62,602 bases of DNA, filler included, from Choristocarpus tenellus KU-1152 (GCA_964200185.2; 9 parts of 9 records of this genome joined end to end with filler, not necessarily neighbours in it); one strand, 5' to 3'. Shown: positions 25,238 to 40,100, counted from the first letter of the whole stretch. Program-made: numbers and translations. The notes: generated from the letters alone by a model not told the origin.

Positions 25238-27321
25238 ACTTAGGTACTGTCTTCTATCATGGGGCTGATCATATATCAACGGCATGTTGCCTTCTTCTTC
25301 AACACATCCAGACAAAAGTTTTTGATCATTATTATTGGATCATGCATCGAGCTAAGGGGTGCCATCAATCAATCAAATCAACAATACATCGTGTTCTGTT
25401 CCTTGGCCTTGGAGGAGGACGTGGGGCCACTACGATCCAGTGCATTTAGTTACCTATTGCCCACAGTAACTACCGTATATACATGACAATCATTGAGAAG
25501 CGCAACACGAGTTGATAGCTTTACAAATCGCACATACGCTTAGTGTGCTATAAATATTAACATCAAATGATGAAACTGTAAAGTTACGTCTCAGTCATCT
25601 TATTATTACTTTCCACAAGTAAGTGTGTGATGAGATAGTTACTATAAATGTGGAGTAACACCTCGAACAAATGTTAGAGATAATGCAGTACAATAAAAGA
25701 GAACCGATATTGCACTCAGGGCTTATTAAAAGGTAGGTGCAACAACCATTCTCAACATTGTCATTTCCCCACTTGATAATCAACTACCTTGTTATTCGCA
25801 TATTCGCAAAAATTGTTCATGTCAAGGTCCACCACGTCATGTTTCAAGCAGAGAGGATATATTCGACCATGCCCAAAACAACCCTTCATCTGCCCTCCCT
25901 TCCTCTCGCAAATGTTTGCAGAAAAGATCATGCGAACGTCAAATTCCACCATATCGTGTTTCCAGCTATGCCCTCCATATACACCCTTGTTTCTTTCAAG
26001 TCAGAGAAATCCACCCTTCCATAAAAAAAGTACCTTCTATCTGACTTCCACTGCATCAACTTCATTCGCAAAACAACACTCATGAAAGAACATCAACTTT
26101 CATCATATGATGATTCAATCCACGATATCCACACCCTCCACCAATCCAGCAATGCCAGACAACTAAAAAATACTAATTTGTTCATTCACGAATCATGTTC
26201 ACGGTGAACCTCAAAGTTCATCATATGCATATCTCGCTTCACACCTATGTGCTCCAAAACGTCTCTCTCAAGCTGGATAAACCCATCCTTGACCTTACTA
26301 CCCCTCCATTTCCAACTTCCTTAACATAAACTCAATTAACAAAGCCACGTTCATGATAAGACACAAAGCTTCTGACATATCATGTTTCTAACTACTGTGC
26401 CATCTATACCCTACTCCCCCCAAGGACCGGACAAACCTCAAAACAATACCCCCCTAANNNNNNNNNNNNNNNNNNNNNNNNNNNNNNNNNNNNNNNNNNN
26501 NTTAATTAATTAANNNNNNNNNNNNNNNNNNNNNNNNNNNNNNNNNNNNNNNNNNNNACAATCATTGATAAAGAGGAAACCATAAAAAACAAAAAAAAAA
26601 CAGGCGCACATAAAACAATCCCAATAACACAAACGCCTGAAAATGCAATAGAGAACCAACCCCCTGCTTGAAAAAACTCTAAATTAAACTGAAACAAAAA
26701 ACACGTACCGCCTTCCACCGCTCTAGAGTATTGAAATACAGCATCCCCCCCCCCACAGAATACAAAAACCACACCTTCAAATGAAGTAGGGCTACAGAAC
26801 AGTCGACATTACACAAAAATCCTAACCCTAACAATAACCCTAAGTATATATATATATATTTTAAAAAATCTGAACTACCTACAACGTTTGCCACAAAATA
26901 TCATACCATAAAAAACACACACAGACACAGACACAGACACACAGACACACACAGACACACACAGACACACACAGACACACACACACGCATCATTCACAGC
27001 ACTTGATTTTTTATTTTTATTTTTCGTAGAGGGCAAAAACACAAAAAGCCTCCCCAATCAATAAAAAATCTCCCCGGTTATAGCCACAGACTTTTTTCTT
27101 TTTTTTTTTAAAAAAGAGAAAACAAAATAACAGCGCGACAACAACACAACTACACAACTACACAAAATATATACTATTTACAGTCAATCGAAAAACTCCA
27201 TTTCTGAATCTCAGAGAAACCAACTCATCAAAAACGCCTGATCATAACACTGAAACTTGTCAGAGTTCCTTCACTCGGGCCTTTCATCTCCCTCCCTCCC
27301 TCCATCCATCCAACTGTTCCT

Positions 27322-27440
27322 TTCATGAGACACTTTCATGAGACACTTTCATGAGACACATTCATGAGACACATTCATGAGACACATTCATGAGACACAT
27401 TCATGAGACACTTTCATGAGACACATTCACAAGACACATT
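27322..27440. repeat. 13-bp minisatellite (ttcatgagacac[a/t]) about x9
   Basis: Direct reading of the sequence. Confidence 0.95.
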
Positions 27441-27623
27441 CCAATCCTACCGCCTTGGTTGTATAGGTGAATCGCCCGTCACTAAACAACTGTCTCACTA
27501 CTAACGTAGTGGGCACCAGACACAGGCATCACAATAAAAAGGAGAAACCCCCTCTCTCTTGGTCTCACTCTCACTGTCAATATCACTGCCACTATCACTG
27601 TCACTTATCACTGTCAATCTCAC

Positions 27624-28895
27624 CAAGGGCAAAAGATTCCACTGGTCAATCCGTAGATGAAGGCCAGGGTGACCACGTCTCTGGTTGCAACCATGGCACC
27701 CTACAAAATAAAATAAAATAAAATAAAATAAAACAAAAAACATTAAGGGCGGATGCATGCAGTTTTTTTTATGATGTGAAAAAAGTTTAACACACACACA
27801 CACACACAAGTCAGTTACAATAATAAAATAAAAAACATTAAGGGCGTATGTGTGTACCTGCAGCAGATGAATGCAGGGGGTTTTTTTATATATTTTTTAA
27901 TGCTGTGAAAAAAATATGAAACACACACACATACACACACGTCAGTTACGGTTTCAAGAGGTCAGGGTTAGGGTTGTAATGAATGAGCATCTTTAGGATT
28001 AAGGTTAGGGAGAAAAATAGTAAGGCTTTTTAGCGGTTACTGAACTTTCATCCTTAGGGTTAGGGTTAGGAATGTTTACAGCGGATCTAATTCTTGCTTT
28101 TGTCCTGACGATTCCTGTATTTACAAACAGTTAATATTATTTTCGAGTATTCAAAAATTTATTACATACTAATCTATATTCATTAATCAAAGTTAGTACA
28201 TGCCACTCAATATTTAATATTAATCAAAGTTAGTACATGCTAATCTATGTTTATTATTAATCAGAGTTAGTACATCCTAATCTATGTTTATTTTACTAAG
28301 AGCTGAATAAAAGAAAATTCAATCCAGCTTCTGTTTATTTCCATTTTTTTTATTATCAAAGCCGGAAATAAATTATTATTATTATTCAACCAGTACCTCC
28401 TTCAATTCTGCTTTAAATTATTGCCAACTATATAGCCTATTAAATTACACTAAACAAATTTTAATTTAATTGAATGTACGTAAGAAAGCTCCGGAGTATA
28501 TTATCACAGCTTGTATGTAGAGGTAGAAGGGAAGAAGAGATCTACAAAAAAAATATACATTTGCAAAAAAAAAGAAACAATCGAAGGGAGTAAAAAAGAA
28601 AAGTAACAAAAGTAATAAAAAATATATAATAAAATTGAAAAAAGAGAAATATATATGCAAAAGACATTAAAACAAAAAAAACAAAAAAAGTAAAATTTAA
28701 AGAAAGAGAAAATATATATACATGTATCTACATACGTGAAAGACATTAGAAGAAAAAAATAGTATAAAAAATTAAAAAAGATAAGAAAAATATATGTTTT
28801 TTTTTTTATGTGTGTGTGTTGGTGTGTATGTATATATGTGAAAGACATTAAAAGAAAAAAATAGTAAAAAAAATTAAAAAAAGAGAAGAAAAAAA

Positions 28896-28951
<56 letters not shown>

Positions 28952-30151
28952 ATATATGTGAAAAGCATTAAAAGAAAAAAAATAACTTGCCTGGAAGAAC
29001 ATGCTCATGGCTTGTGTAAGCAGCGACAGGCCACACAGTACAGACACCGATCTCATAGCCGTGTGAACCAGCGGGTCGGGCGTGAACATGAACGGAATCA
29101 GGGATGTGATAGACGTCGCCGCGAAGGCGTTGGCAACTCCCAGACCTGCAGCCACCCCTCCCAACAACTTCAACATCCCCACGGCAGACTGCTCCGAGAA
29201 CAGACCACAATTTTTTTTTAAAGAAAAGAAAAGAAAAGCAACACGAAGGGGTTGGTGGTGGTGGCTCTATTTACACATTAAGGAACGGGCATAGGATGGG
29301 TTGGGTTAGGGGCTGCTGCTGCTGCTGCTGCTGTGCCTTGTCTATTCACACATCAAAAAAAAATCTGAAAACGTAAATGCTTTTATCACATTCGATTTTT
29401 AAAAAATTATAATTCTTCTGTCATACAGTGTACAAATATAACTCTCTCTCTCTCTCTCTATCTATCTTTGAAAAGGTGAAGAGTACAAATATCACGTGGA
29501 TTTAAAAAAAATGAATCTTCTGTCATACAATTTATAAATATAACTCTCCCTCCCTCTCTCTCACACTCACACACACACAAGAGGACTATTTTATTTTATT
29601 TTTATTTGAGTGCCGTAAAACAAGCATTTTCTTTTTCTTAACTAAAAATCAAAAACAAAAACAAAATTATGAAAAATAATAAATTTCACAACGGAACAAA
29701 ATTTCCTTCAGTACACCCCAGCAGCAAGCAGGCAATAACCAAATGAAAAAATTTAAGAAAATTTAAAAAAAACTGAGAAGGAATTCCAAGGGTACATACA
29801 AACACACACACACTGAAAAAAAATAACATACACTACAAAAAAATAATATACATTACAAAGAAGAATAATGTACACTACAAAAAAATAATATACATTACAA
29901 AGAAGAATAATGTACACTACAAAAAAATAATATACATTACAAAGAAGAATAATGTACACTACAAAAAATAATATACACTACAAAAAAAAAATAATATACA
30001 CACTCGCCTTCCCAAAGGTCAACACACGCGGGCTCTTTCCTCCGGGCACCACCGCCTTCCTCTTCACTGTGTATGTCGGCATGTAGGCCTGCACTGTTTG
30101 ACTTATGGCCTCTCCAATAGGACAGAACAGAAGGAAAACTCCATACATAAC
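27624..30151 (-). CDS. MATE-family transporter (EDS5/DTX46-47-like), partial; exons 30008-30151, 28991-29188, 27624-27700
   Basis: VMYGVFLLFCPIGEAISQTVQAYMP (cf. GEPLSQTAQ) | SAVGMLKLL...PFMFTPDPLV...MFFQ | GAMVATRDVVTLAFIYG. The exons join in frame using two GC-AG introns. Confidence 0.85.
29820..29990. repeat. 42-bp AT-rich tandem repeat about x4, with nearby (CA)n, (GT)n and (ACAT)n microsatellites in MATE introns
   Basis: Direct reading of the sequence. Confidence 0.9.
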
Positions 30152-31197
30152 CTGGGTCAAATACATACATACATACATACATACATACATAATACGGGCG
30201 TAAATACACACATATACACAAAACATAAAAATACATACAAAACATACATATACACTAAAAGTGTCTGGGGGGGGGGGCTGTCGATTTGGGGTCAATTTTT
30301 TGATGTCGTGATCTTTNNNNNNNNNNNNNNNNNNNNNNNNNNNNNNNNNNNNNNNNNNNNTTAATTAATTAANNNNNNNNNNNNNNNNNNNNNNNNNNNN
30401 NNNNNNNNNNNNNNNNAACGTTATAAAAGAACTCGTGGGAAGCCAAGTCCCAAATAGACAAACAGGGCAAAAATTGTACCCTCTAAGATACTTTCACTCA
30501 CTATTTCAATCAGATAGTTGCAAAACAGTCTGCCTCGGTGGAACATTACTATCTCAATATTTGACAACTGTCTGGTCCAATTACTTGAACAAGTATTGTA
30601 ATGTTCATGAGAAAACGCTTTCCAGAGAATAATATCTCGCCCTCATCACCTCCAACATTAAACCTACTCTGACCCTCACCACTTCAAGTTTCTACCAGCA
30701 GAGCGTGTACTTTTGAAGAAAAGCAGGAAGAATATTGCAATGGGAAGGAGCATGCCTAATATCCAGCTGATGAAGAGTACCTATTGAAGGTTGGGAGAGG
30801 TGCAAAGGAAAAGAGTTCTCCGACATCACATTCTCATAAAGAAATTGGTATATTATATTCGACTGCCAGAAACTTCTCACAAAGCGATCATGCCCTTTCA
30901 TGTCATTCAAAGCACATGCTGCGGATTATATGGAGTGTGGTGAGCATTTTGTAAACTAGAAAATATTCAGTTGGACCGTATGTCCAATATTATAATGGAC
31001 GATCTACACTTCTAACCCAACTTCAAAGTTGGTAAATTCCCAAGGTGCTAGGTCATTGTATTGAAGCATGCATTTCTACATCCACACCACCAAAATTGTT
31101 CTGTTGGTATACTATGAATTACTCGCAACCTATTTCATTCATTAGAGGAATGATGGAAAAAAACAAGGACTTTCATATAGAACACTTCATTTCATAC

Positions 31198-34100
31198 CCG
31201 GGTCATTGCAGTGGCATGTGAGTTGAAACCAAAAGACATGCAGTACGAGAAACCTGCACAGGCCGGGCCATAGACAAGGAGGAGGAGGAAGAGCCAGGGT
31301 AGTCCCCCATCATCCCTAATAAAACGAAATGAACATTAGGTATCAGAGATCGGGAACAAAGGTGTGAGAGGTTTACCCAGCACCAAGATTGTGGTCCTTA
31401 GGTGTATGTTTAACAACAAAAAACTGGACAAGGCAAGAATTTGTTCCCCACAAAATTCCAATACAAAAGGGGTGGCAGGAACAAATTCATGCCCAAATGA
31501 TAACACAAACTTGATTTAAAACTTTGTAAAACATGGTTAAGACCTCACTGAGATGAAGATCTTGTACGAAACAGGCTAAGCACAGCAGAAAAAAGGTTCA
31601 AGTTCATTAGTCGACCAGATAATACGACCGCAGCATCACACTGAGCAGACTTGTGTACTACAAAATGCAAACAATGGAAAAAAAATATTGACAATTTGAT
31701 TGTTCACCATTTTGTTATCCATTAGGTGGAAATTCTTTACACGATCTTTCTTCCCCACGCATTTTAGACAATGGCACCTATAGTACAGGTACCTAATCCC
31801 ATGACAGAATGTCTGGTATAGACACAGTGCCAAGCGAGCTGAAGGTCATTACATTGGATACACTGTAGAGAAAAAACGTAACCATTACTTACACAATTGC
31901 GTTGACGTCAAATGCAAGAACAAGGAGTGTAGTCAACACCGGGGTGAAGAGGTAAACAATCATGTCCCACAGATATGTTGAGGCCCAGTAAGCCATTAAT
32001 GACACCCCAGACACCACCTGTACGATATATTTAGGATAAGAAAGGGATTCAGGGGAGAGTAATATGACATTCTAATCATAGATCAATGTTATGACTAAGT
32101 TGCACAGTTGAAGGTATGCTGGATAAGACCCCAGGAACATGGGTCTGCTGGGGGTTAGGGTGTGGGCTAGAGTGAGGTCAGGTATACATGAGGTAGCCTG
32201 TCATGTTCTCCCCCATCGCAAAAAAATCATATTTGAATGGAATTCCAAAAATTGATTGTAACAATGTGTCATGATCATTGCAGTATTCTGTTGACGTGGG
32301 TGGGAGAGTGACTTGGTGGATACCTGTTGGTGCTTGAGACGTATCTCTCGTTCACGAACAACAAACCCGACCCATCCCGCTGGAATGAACGCTAGGCCTA
32401 ACATAATGAAGATAACTGTTGGGAAGGTGTTGAAATCGGAAGTGATCTGAAGCAGCACGAGAAGAAATTTTACACACAGAGCGTAGACAAAGGAAATTTC
32501 ACAGAAGAAAAGCAAACGGGTGGAGGCGGTAGGAGCGTAGGCGCCAAGGCAGGGACTGAGTGAGTTAGCTTGCGACACAGGGCGCTTAAGATAGTCACCT
32601 TCACCAAAATGAGGTCAAATTGCTGTCCGAAACTTCAAAATGATCCAAAACTAGCGTATGCAAACAAGAAGATGCAGCCCTACCACTTGCAACCACCTGA
32701 AATACCAACTTTCTTACAACTGGACCCATCCCTTTCTCCCCCCCCTACCCCTTCCACTCCTGACTGACCTTTTCCTCATAGTCTGTCTGCGGCAGGGGAT
32801 GCATTATCACACCGATGCCGATATCAGATGCATCTATCAGTGGGAACAGGAAAGCAAAGGAGACAAAATGGACAATACAATATTTACATGTAGACACTTG
32901 GCCATTGAAAATTCCTATATGAATTATATACTCCATATTCAATGTTCTTACTCGCTGAATGGGTAAATCTTGTCACAGTACCAAATGACGGGACAAGGAT
33001 GGGCATTTTAATCTTTGGGGGGAACTAGACCACTTATTTGGAAAATGGCTGCTACCATTCGCACATACCTTCCTGCCAACAATTCGATCTATCACTCAAC
33101 CTTCGCCTGTTCTCTATTACAAACACTTAAGCAGGTAAAGAAACATCAAGAAACTATTTTTGAGTACAGCAAGGTAAGGGAATGGGGAAGTGGGGAGTTG
33201 GTTGGGTGGAGGCATTTTATATGTTCACCTGATGATTCACCAGCGACCAAGCGAAGAAGTGAGGTCCCTGCTGCAGCCAAGTATGCTGGTGCTGCGTGCA
33301 GGGCAGTGTAGTTGGAATGGACTATCACCTCATACTCTCCAGTAGAAGTGTCAATCTCTCCAAAACTGAAAGCCCCATATCTATCACAGGTGCAGGGTGA
33401 GAAGGGTTCGGACTGTAACATATGAATATCTCGCCCTCTAACCTAGTCTCGGTAACCTCAAATTCGCATTTTTTTTGTTGCTATTACCACGCCCACACTC
33501 ATATGCATGACAAAGTCGGACAGGCATAATCGTAGACGTAGGTTCGACCTGTTTCCCAGAATGCAGTATCCCACTGATACTAATAATGGGAAAAGGTGTT
33601 CATCCCCACCAATCACAGTATGTCACCCAACCTACTCTGAACTATTTCATCCAAGAACTGACGCCATACAGCTACTGTTACAATTTCTTCAGAGTAATTT
33701 TTTTTACGTCATCCACACCGTGTCATACAGGAGGGAAAAGGACCATTTTATATATTATATAATCTTCAATACGTAGATTGGACAACACAAAACACTACGA
33801 CTGCGAGTATCATCACAATCCTTAACAACAAAATATCAACGGAAGGGTTTCAGTGTTGTTCAATCATTTATCTCTTGTCGCTATCATTAACAGTGCTTCA
33901 CTGCTCTCATTGTCCACGTTTCACACGACCAAGGGTCAAGAGATTTCCTGTTAGTATTGACTTTGTTGTACTCTACGTACTGTAAACATAAACCTAGTTT
34001 TGTGAGGAGAAAGACAATAAAAAAAATACAAATTGGCTTGCCTAGATGCTTTTTAGGCCTCATCGGTACGGATCAGCTCCTCACTCATTATTTCCACGTT

Positions 34101-37100
34101 GGCATCTTCCTGTGCAGTGAAGTGGAGGGGTAAGGAATTATGAACCCGAAGTTGTATCAGCAAACCTCTGACAATTATAAGCTCAGTAATTTGTCCTGAA
34201 ATCACACTTTCATGGCAGTACCAACACAATAAAATCTACTTGAAGTACAATATATCCTAACCTCCAACTAAACACATGTGCAAGAGAAAACTTCTTGGGC
34301 GCAGCACAGAAGAACACAGAAATTTCAAAGATAAACCTCGAACAACAAATGGATAATACAAAAGGATACACTGCAGTAATGTATTGCGAAGGACAAGAGC
34401 AAGTGGTAGGCTCACCACCACCACAGGCAAGATCCCCATATCCGAGGGAAGGAGGTCTATGAACGATTGAGCTTCACAGGTGACAGTGGTGCTTGTACAC
34501 GTAGATGAGAACAGAGTGGGGTTCTGTGGTGAGATACCTTCATTGTAGTCCGCCAAGTCGAGGAACAACTTGTCCTGGCGAGGAAAGCAAGTCAGTTGAG
34601 AAAAATTGTTATGCTGCCCGCCTTCAAGATATTATTTATCACATGAAGGAAAATCCTCTTTGGAGCACCTGCAGAGAAGTTGTGGAGCTACACACTTCAT
34701 AGTGAAACAAAGATATCACACATTACAGCAGTACGAAACTCGAAATATTGATGCAATCCTACCACCCCCTAATCATTATTTGTTGCCCAAATCTGTTTGC
34801 AAGTTCATTATCACTTGTGTCACATAATGTCCACATGTTCACTGCACTGTCTATTAATAGGATATCTTGCATTCACCATGGCCAAGCTAATGCAAAAAAA
34901 AGTAACCAATGAATTTATCACAACTTGAGTCAAACACCAGAGAGCTTTGTCTACTCTATCATCATATTTTATTGCCCCGTTTAAAACATTTCAGGACGGT
35001 TCTTAGGGTCAGGGTCAGGATAGAGGGAGATAAGACTGAGGGACAATTGAGCAAGGGAGACGAGCAGGGGGAAGGAGTAGGGGGAGAGTATGTGAGTTCA
35101 AAAGGAGGGGGGCTATACACCACCAAAGCGGAGGAAAAGATAGACCTGCTTGTAGTCCAGCTGGGCAAGCAGGATCAGCAGACCCACAAGGAGGAAGAGC
35201 GCTGGGGCAAACATAGAGAACATCATTGACTTTCTGTCTCTCCGGAAAATGGCACTCCGTTTCTGCAGCAAGGCCTGAACAATGTACGACATTGATCACA
35301 GAAATGGAGTCAGTGTATGAGGAGAAGGAATGTGACTTGAGCGGTGTCAAAAAAGGAATGTTTACTTTCTTCCATTTCTGGGACACTAAATGTCATACAA
35401 ATGACTTCCACTCGCATATTAGTGACAAAACTAAATCGATTTAACTCTTAAGCTTCCAATCCATCGCCTTTCTCCCATGATATCTTTCCCCTGCCCACCA
35501 ATACGCCCATCATCCACTTCACTCCTTTCCCCTTCCCCAATAGCTCACCCCTTCTCACATCCCTGTACCCACCTTCATATGGCGCCAGTAGCGTTCCTTC
35601 TCTGACACTTCCACTGGCCTGATCGCTTTCTCTGTACTGACTATATCTGATGAGGAGTAGAGGCAAACGCAGTACGGGGAAGGAAGATGAGGAAACTTAG
35701 GGACATCAAGGTTAACATAAAAGAAAAAATCAAAAACAGGAACATGTAAAACCTTCCTCTAACCCACTGTACTGTTGTAGAAAGAACCGAGGAGAAAAAA
35801 TAATGGGGCGGATATGCACTGAGGGTCTATGTGTTTGTGTGCAACAGAGAGTTACACCAAGAATATTGCCACATTTGTTTCCTAGCACACCAAGCCCTAT
35901 TGGCGCTAAGAACGTGTTAGATGACCGGACTGCCAAAAGCCCACCAGCATCTTGAACTGCTGAGGTGAGCTCAGAGTATCCGGACTTGAAGGATGCTTGG
36001 CGGGAGACAGAAGCTCCAAGACCCGATGAATAAGAGCGTTGCTGTCATGAGCATGTAGTTCAAGGGGAAATTGTAGTGGTAAGTTTTCATTCGTTTATTA
36101 TCCCTACAGGGAGACATAATGGGTAGAATTCCCGCAACACTGAAATTGGAGAGAGTTCACACGCTGCACACAAAAAAAACTTAATTGAAGTTCGGAGTTT
36201 GTATTCAGTGTACCATTGTAGCCCAGCTCTATTACAACTGCTCGTACGGACTCAATGTATCTGGGGGGGGTGGCAGGTGTCCATTCCGGACCTATTTCTC
36301 CATGTCACGATTTTGGATGATTTGGTTGCAAGCGTTGGATGGATAATGTAAGTGCACTTCTCCTATTCAGGGCCCGAATGGACACCCTGGTATAGACCCC
36401 CTCTCCTGCAGATAGTTTGAGTGGCGTATAGCAAAGTGCTAGCGATGATAGACCCAATCATAAGCATTCTGAAGTGTGAACCTTGTATCCAACCACAAAG
36501 TCCTGAAGCCTAATGGGTAGCATTCTAGGATGACGGTTGAAGTGCTCTTTGGAGATCACACACAACTAAATGTATAACACTCAACATACTACCCCATTCC
36601 AAACTTAGTTGAGATCATGAAACCTGCACCAAAATGTTATGTCTGATTTTTCCTCAAACCTCACCTGACGGATGCTTGCCAGCCTGGCACGGTCCTCCGA
36701 CGTTTCTGTACCATGAGCTACTCGAATAAATACCTTAGACATGGTAGGAACAGACGAAAAGTAGGCAAGTTGTAACGAGGAGATACTTTTGGACTCGATC
36801 TATGTGGCAGCACGGTATAACCTCATGCCTGCATGAGTGGCTGGTGAGACATCAAAGACAAAGGGAACGATTGAAGGTCGAATCATCAAATGGGTACAAC
36901 TTGCACACACAGATACAGAAACAACGAGGGGAAGGGAAGATACTACTACTGACCGTAATGTACTCTAGCTCTTAGTATGACTGGATATTGTCATTGAGAA
37001 CTCCTCCAAAATATATCTATCTAAAAAAGGGGTGTAGCTCAGTGTTTCGGGACCCTTTGACCGCCTTCTGATACATGTGCATGTAGCACTCTCGAGAACG

Positions 37101-40100
37101 ATTGCGTGCTCTGTTGGACCAACAATTATCTCCTCTTCACTGGACACAGCCTCCTACAGGGCTTGGCTACAGTTTAGGCATGGGAATGGGGTGTCAGGTT
37201 GAAGACACCATAGATGTCCTAAGCAAATAAAAACGACAAATGTACCCCCCTCTAAGATAAGAATGTTCAAATCTTAATGTTGAGCATTCAGCTACTGAGA
37301 GAGAAGCTTATTCAGCCATCTAAAACATAACCTTCATTCATTGGCCTCAAAGCAACGTAACTACAGCAAAGCAGTTGAGAATCCATCATATTCATTAGTA
37401 CAGAGAAGGATACGAAACTCACCTCTTCCAGAGTGGTGACACTCATACCGTAAGAAGTGATGCCAAGGTCAGCCCTCCTACTGTCAAGGTCCACCAGCAG
37501 TGACTTGAAGCTCGAAGAGGCCTTGGACGGAAGTTGGAATGATATCTGCAACCGAGACGAGGGGGTGCTCAATTGAAGAGGGGAAACCATGATGAAAAAT
37601 GGATCTTATACATCCCAAAGTTGCAACCCCAATTCAGGATGCTGTATATACATAGGGCTATATACATATGTAGAATATCCATTGCGAGCACGCACATGCA
37701 TACTTTACATATGATACCTTCTTAGCATCAGAGAGAGAGGGGTAAGAGGCAGAGGTGAATGGTTTGGGGCATAGTTCAGTTTAGTCATGGGAAATGGAGA
37801 AGTGGACATACCAACCATGCACTACTAGCTGTGGACCCGAAGGTTAAATTGCAACTAGACCACACTCCACATTCCACTACGATTTATGTGAAGCATCACC
37901 CAAATACATCAATACACACCTCTGCCCCCACATTGCTGAGAGACTTAGCAGAGGGCACGTGTCTCTTGACCAGGGCCCGTATGAGGTCGCCCCTACCGCC
38001 ATCATTTCCACCGTCAAAGGCACTTGTATAGTGCTCTCCCTCCTGCGGTGGATGCAGATATTGAGGTTTTCTTTTTGCTGATGCTCGGTACAATGATGAT
38101 AGAGTGTTATGCACTGATGATGTAATAATTGGGTAGGAGTTACTACGGAGCATAAGTAGGGAAGGGGAGTGGAAGGACCAGGGAGGAGAGAATGAAGGCA
38201 GATGTGGATGATTGTGTACTATCACTAAGAAATAGATGCGAAATTAAAGAAAATACTATTGAACGCAACTCAGCATGATTGGCTAGAGGGTTACAAATAA
38301 CCACCATGCAGTGTGTTAGGACAGTGGCAAGACAGGCTCTACCTCCTGAGCCACCTCCTTTACAATAGTGAGGTTATAGCCCACGCCATAGTGGCTCTTC
38401 AAAAAGAGGGAGCTTCCGCAGCATCTCAGCTCTCCAGACGACATGATAGCGATACGGTCACCCAGAAGGTCAGCCTCATCCATGAAATGCTGTTGGTTGA
38501 GGGTTCAGGTGAGGCAGTTTCCAATGTCAATGTATGTATTTGATAAATATGAAACAGTGCAATGTGTAAGCTGCAAGGCTATAACACAGAATATGAGAGT
38601 CTGAGTGATGTGTTGAATCAAACAAGTACCTAAAGTTTGGTTGGCAGGAAGAATGGTAGAGACATAAAGTACAGTACTTCAGAGTACGCAATACAAGCTC
38701 TACTTTGGAGCTACTCCCAAGGCTCGTTCTAAATGTTTCAACTCTACGACAGTTGGTTGTACTTCATACTTCAGACTCACCGTTGTGAGCACAATAACCC
38801 GACCCTCCTTTTGCTTCCTGATTACATCCCAGGTGAAGCGCCGGCTGTACCAGAGAAAAACGTGAGGAAGGTTTTTTCTTTAGGGTGGGCACAGGTAGAT
38901 AGTTTCCAAAGACTATGAGAAGTATTGCTGGAAGAGGACTTGATGCTACTAGGAGAAGGATCAAGGGACGCTGCTAATTATTGAGAGAGTGATGAAAGTT
39001 CATAGTCTGCTTGGTGCGAAGTAGTGCGGAGTACTTCTGTATTTGCAACAGCAGAAACCCTACCTGTAAATGATACAGGCTGAGTCTGAGGTGTACTGGT
39101 TGGGCATGCTGTGACAAGTTCCAGTTATTTCAGTACTACTAGTGCAACATTAGCCCCTAGTTCAGGAGTAAAAAGCAAAGTTTATCCCGCTTGAAAAAGA
39201 TAAGAGTCTCAAAGTAACGTAGAGGGTAGAGCCGCGTTTGTTTGGGGTCAAAATCCAATGCCATCGAACGGACAAACAGGGTAAAACTCATACCATCTAA
39301 GATACTTTTACTCAGACAAAATACACACCTGTGGGGGTCCTGTTCAGTATGGAGCCATCCCAATGCCATCGAAAATTTGACATGAGACAGACAGCAACAT
39401 GGAAGTTGAGAGGGAGGGGGAAACCAAACTAAGAGGGATTCGCCAACAATGTTCCTTATTGCACACGTGGATAGATGTTCCACCTCAAAAGATGCCAATT
39501 CTTCATAATGTGTTTCGAGACTAGTTGAGCTATGATGTCATGAAAACCTATTGAAGACTCGCTTTAGACAAGAGAGGAGAGAGAGGTGGGCAGAGCAAAA
39601 GGGACTCAAAAACAAAAAATTATGAATGGAGTCAAGGGCTAGGCATACCATTCCAGATGTTGGCTCATCAAGGAAGATAACCTTGGAGCCCCCAATAAAG
39701 GCGATGGCGACAGAGAGCTTTCGCTTTTGCCCCCCCGAAAGGCCATTCGTCGGACGATCTCTCTTCTCACCTAGCCCTACGGCTTTTATCATCCTGTCTA
39801 CCTCGCTTGCAACTTCCCTGGAACATTATGGTATAAGAACAAGCAATGGCAGGGGTGAAAATGGAGGATACAAAGGAGATAAAATAAAAAGAACAGTAAG
39901 ACTGAAGGTAGTCGATCAAGAACAAGAAAAAGCACAAACATCCGTGAGGTTGCACAAGGTTGCCACTGAAAAGGTGGACGTAGCATTGTTGCAAACTCAA
40001 GTATTAGAGCACGAGGGGGGGTGCGACCCAAAGATGTCAAACATTTGTTCTTCTAGTGTACCACACTCTCCAAAACAGTTGACGCTTTACTTCACTCACT

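Noticed and set aside
23120-26457. Possible exons in contig 3
   Set aside because: Several exon-like stretches occur on both strands, but no recognisable motif or consistent splice chain could be built.
26506-30364. Hydrophobic or low-complexity ORFs (CVCVCV, THTHTH, FFFF)
   Set aside because: They are translations of intronic microsatellites and poly-A/T tracts.
34053-34055. TAA/TAG codon reassignment (both complete gene ends seen use TGA)
   Set aside because: Only one in-frame TAA occurs in well over a thousand modelled codons of intact genes; reassignment would give many.
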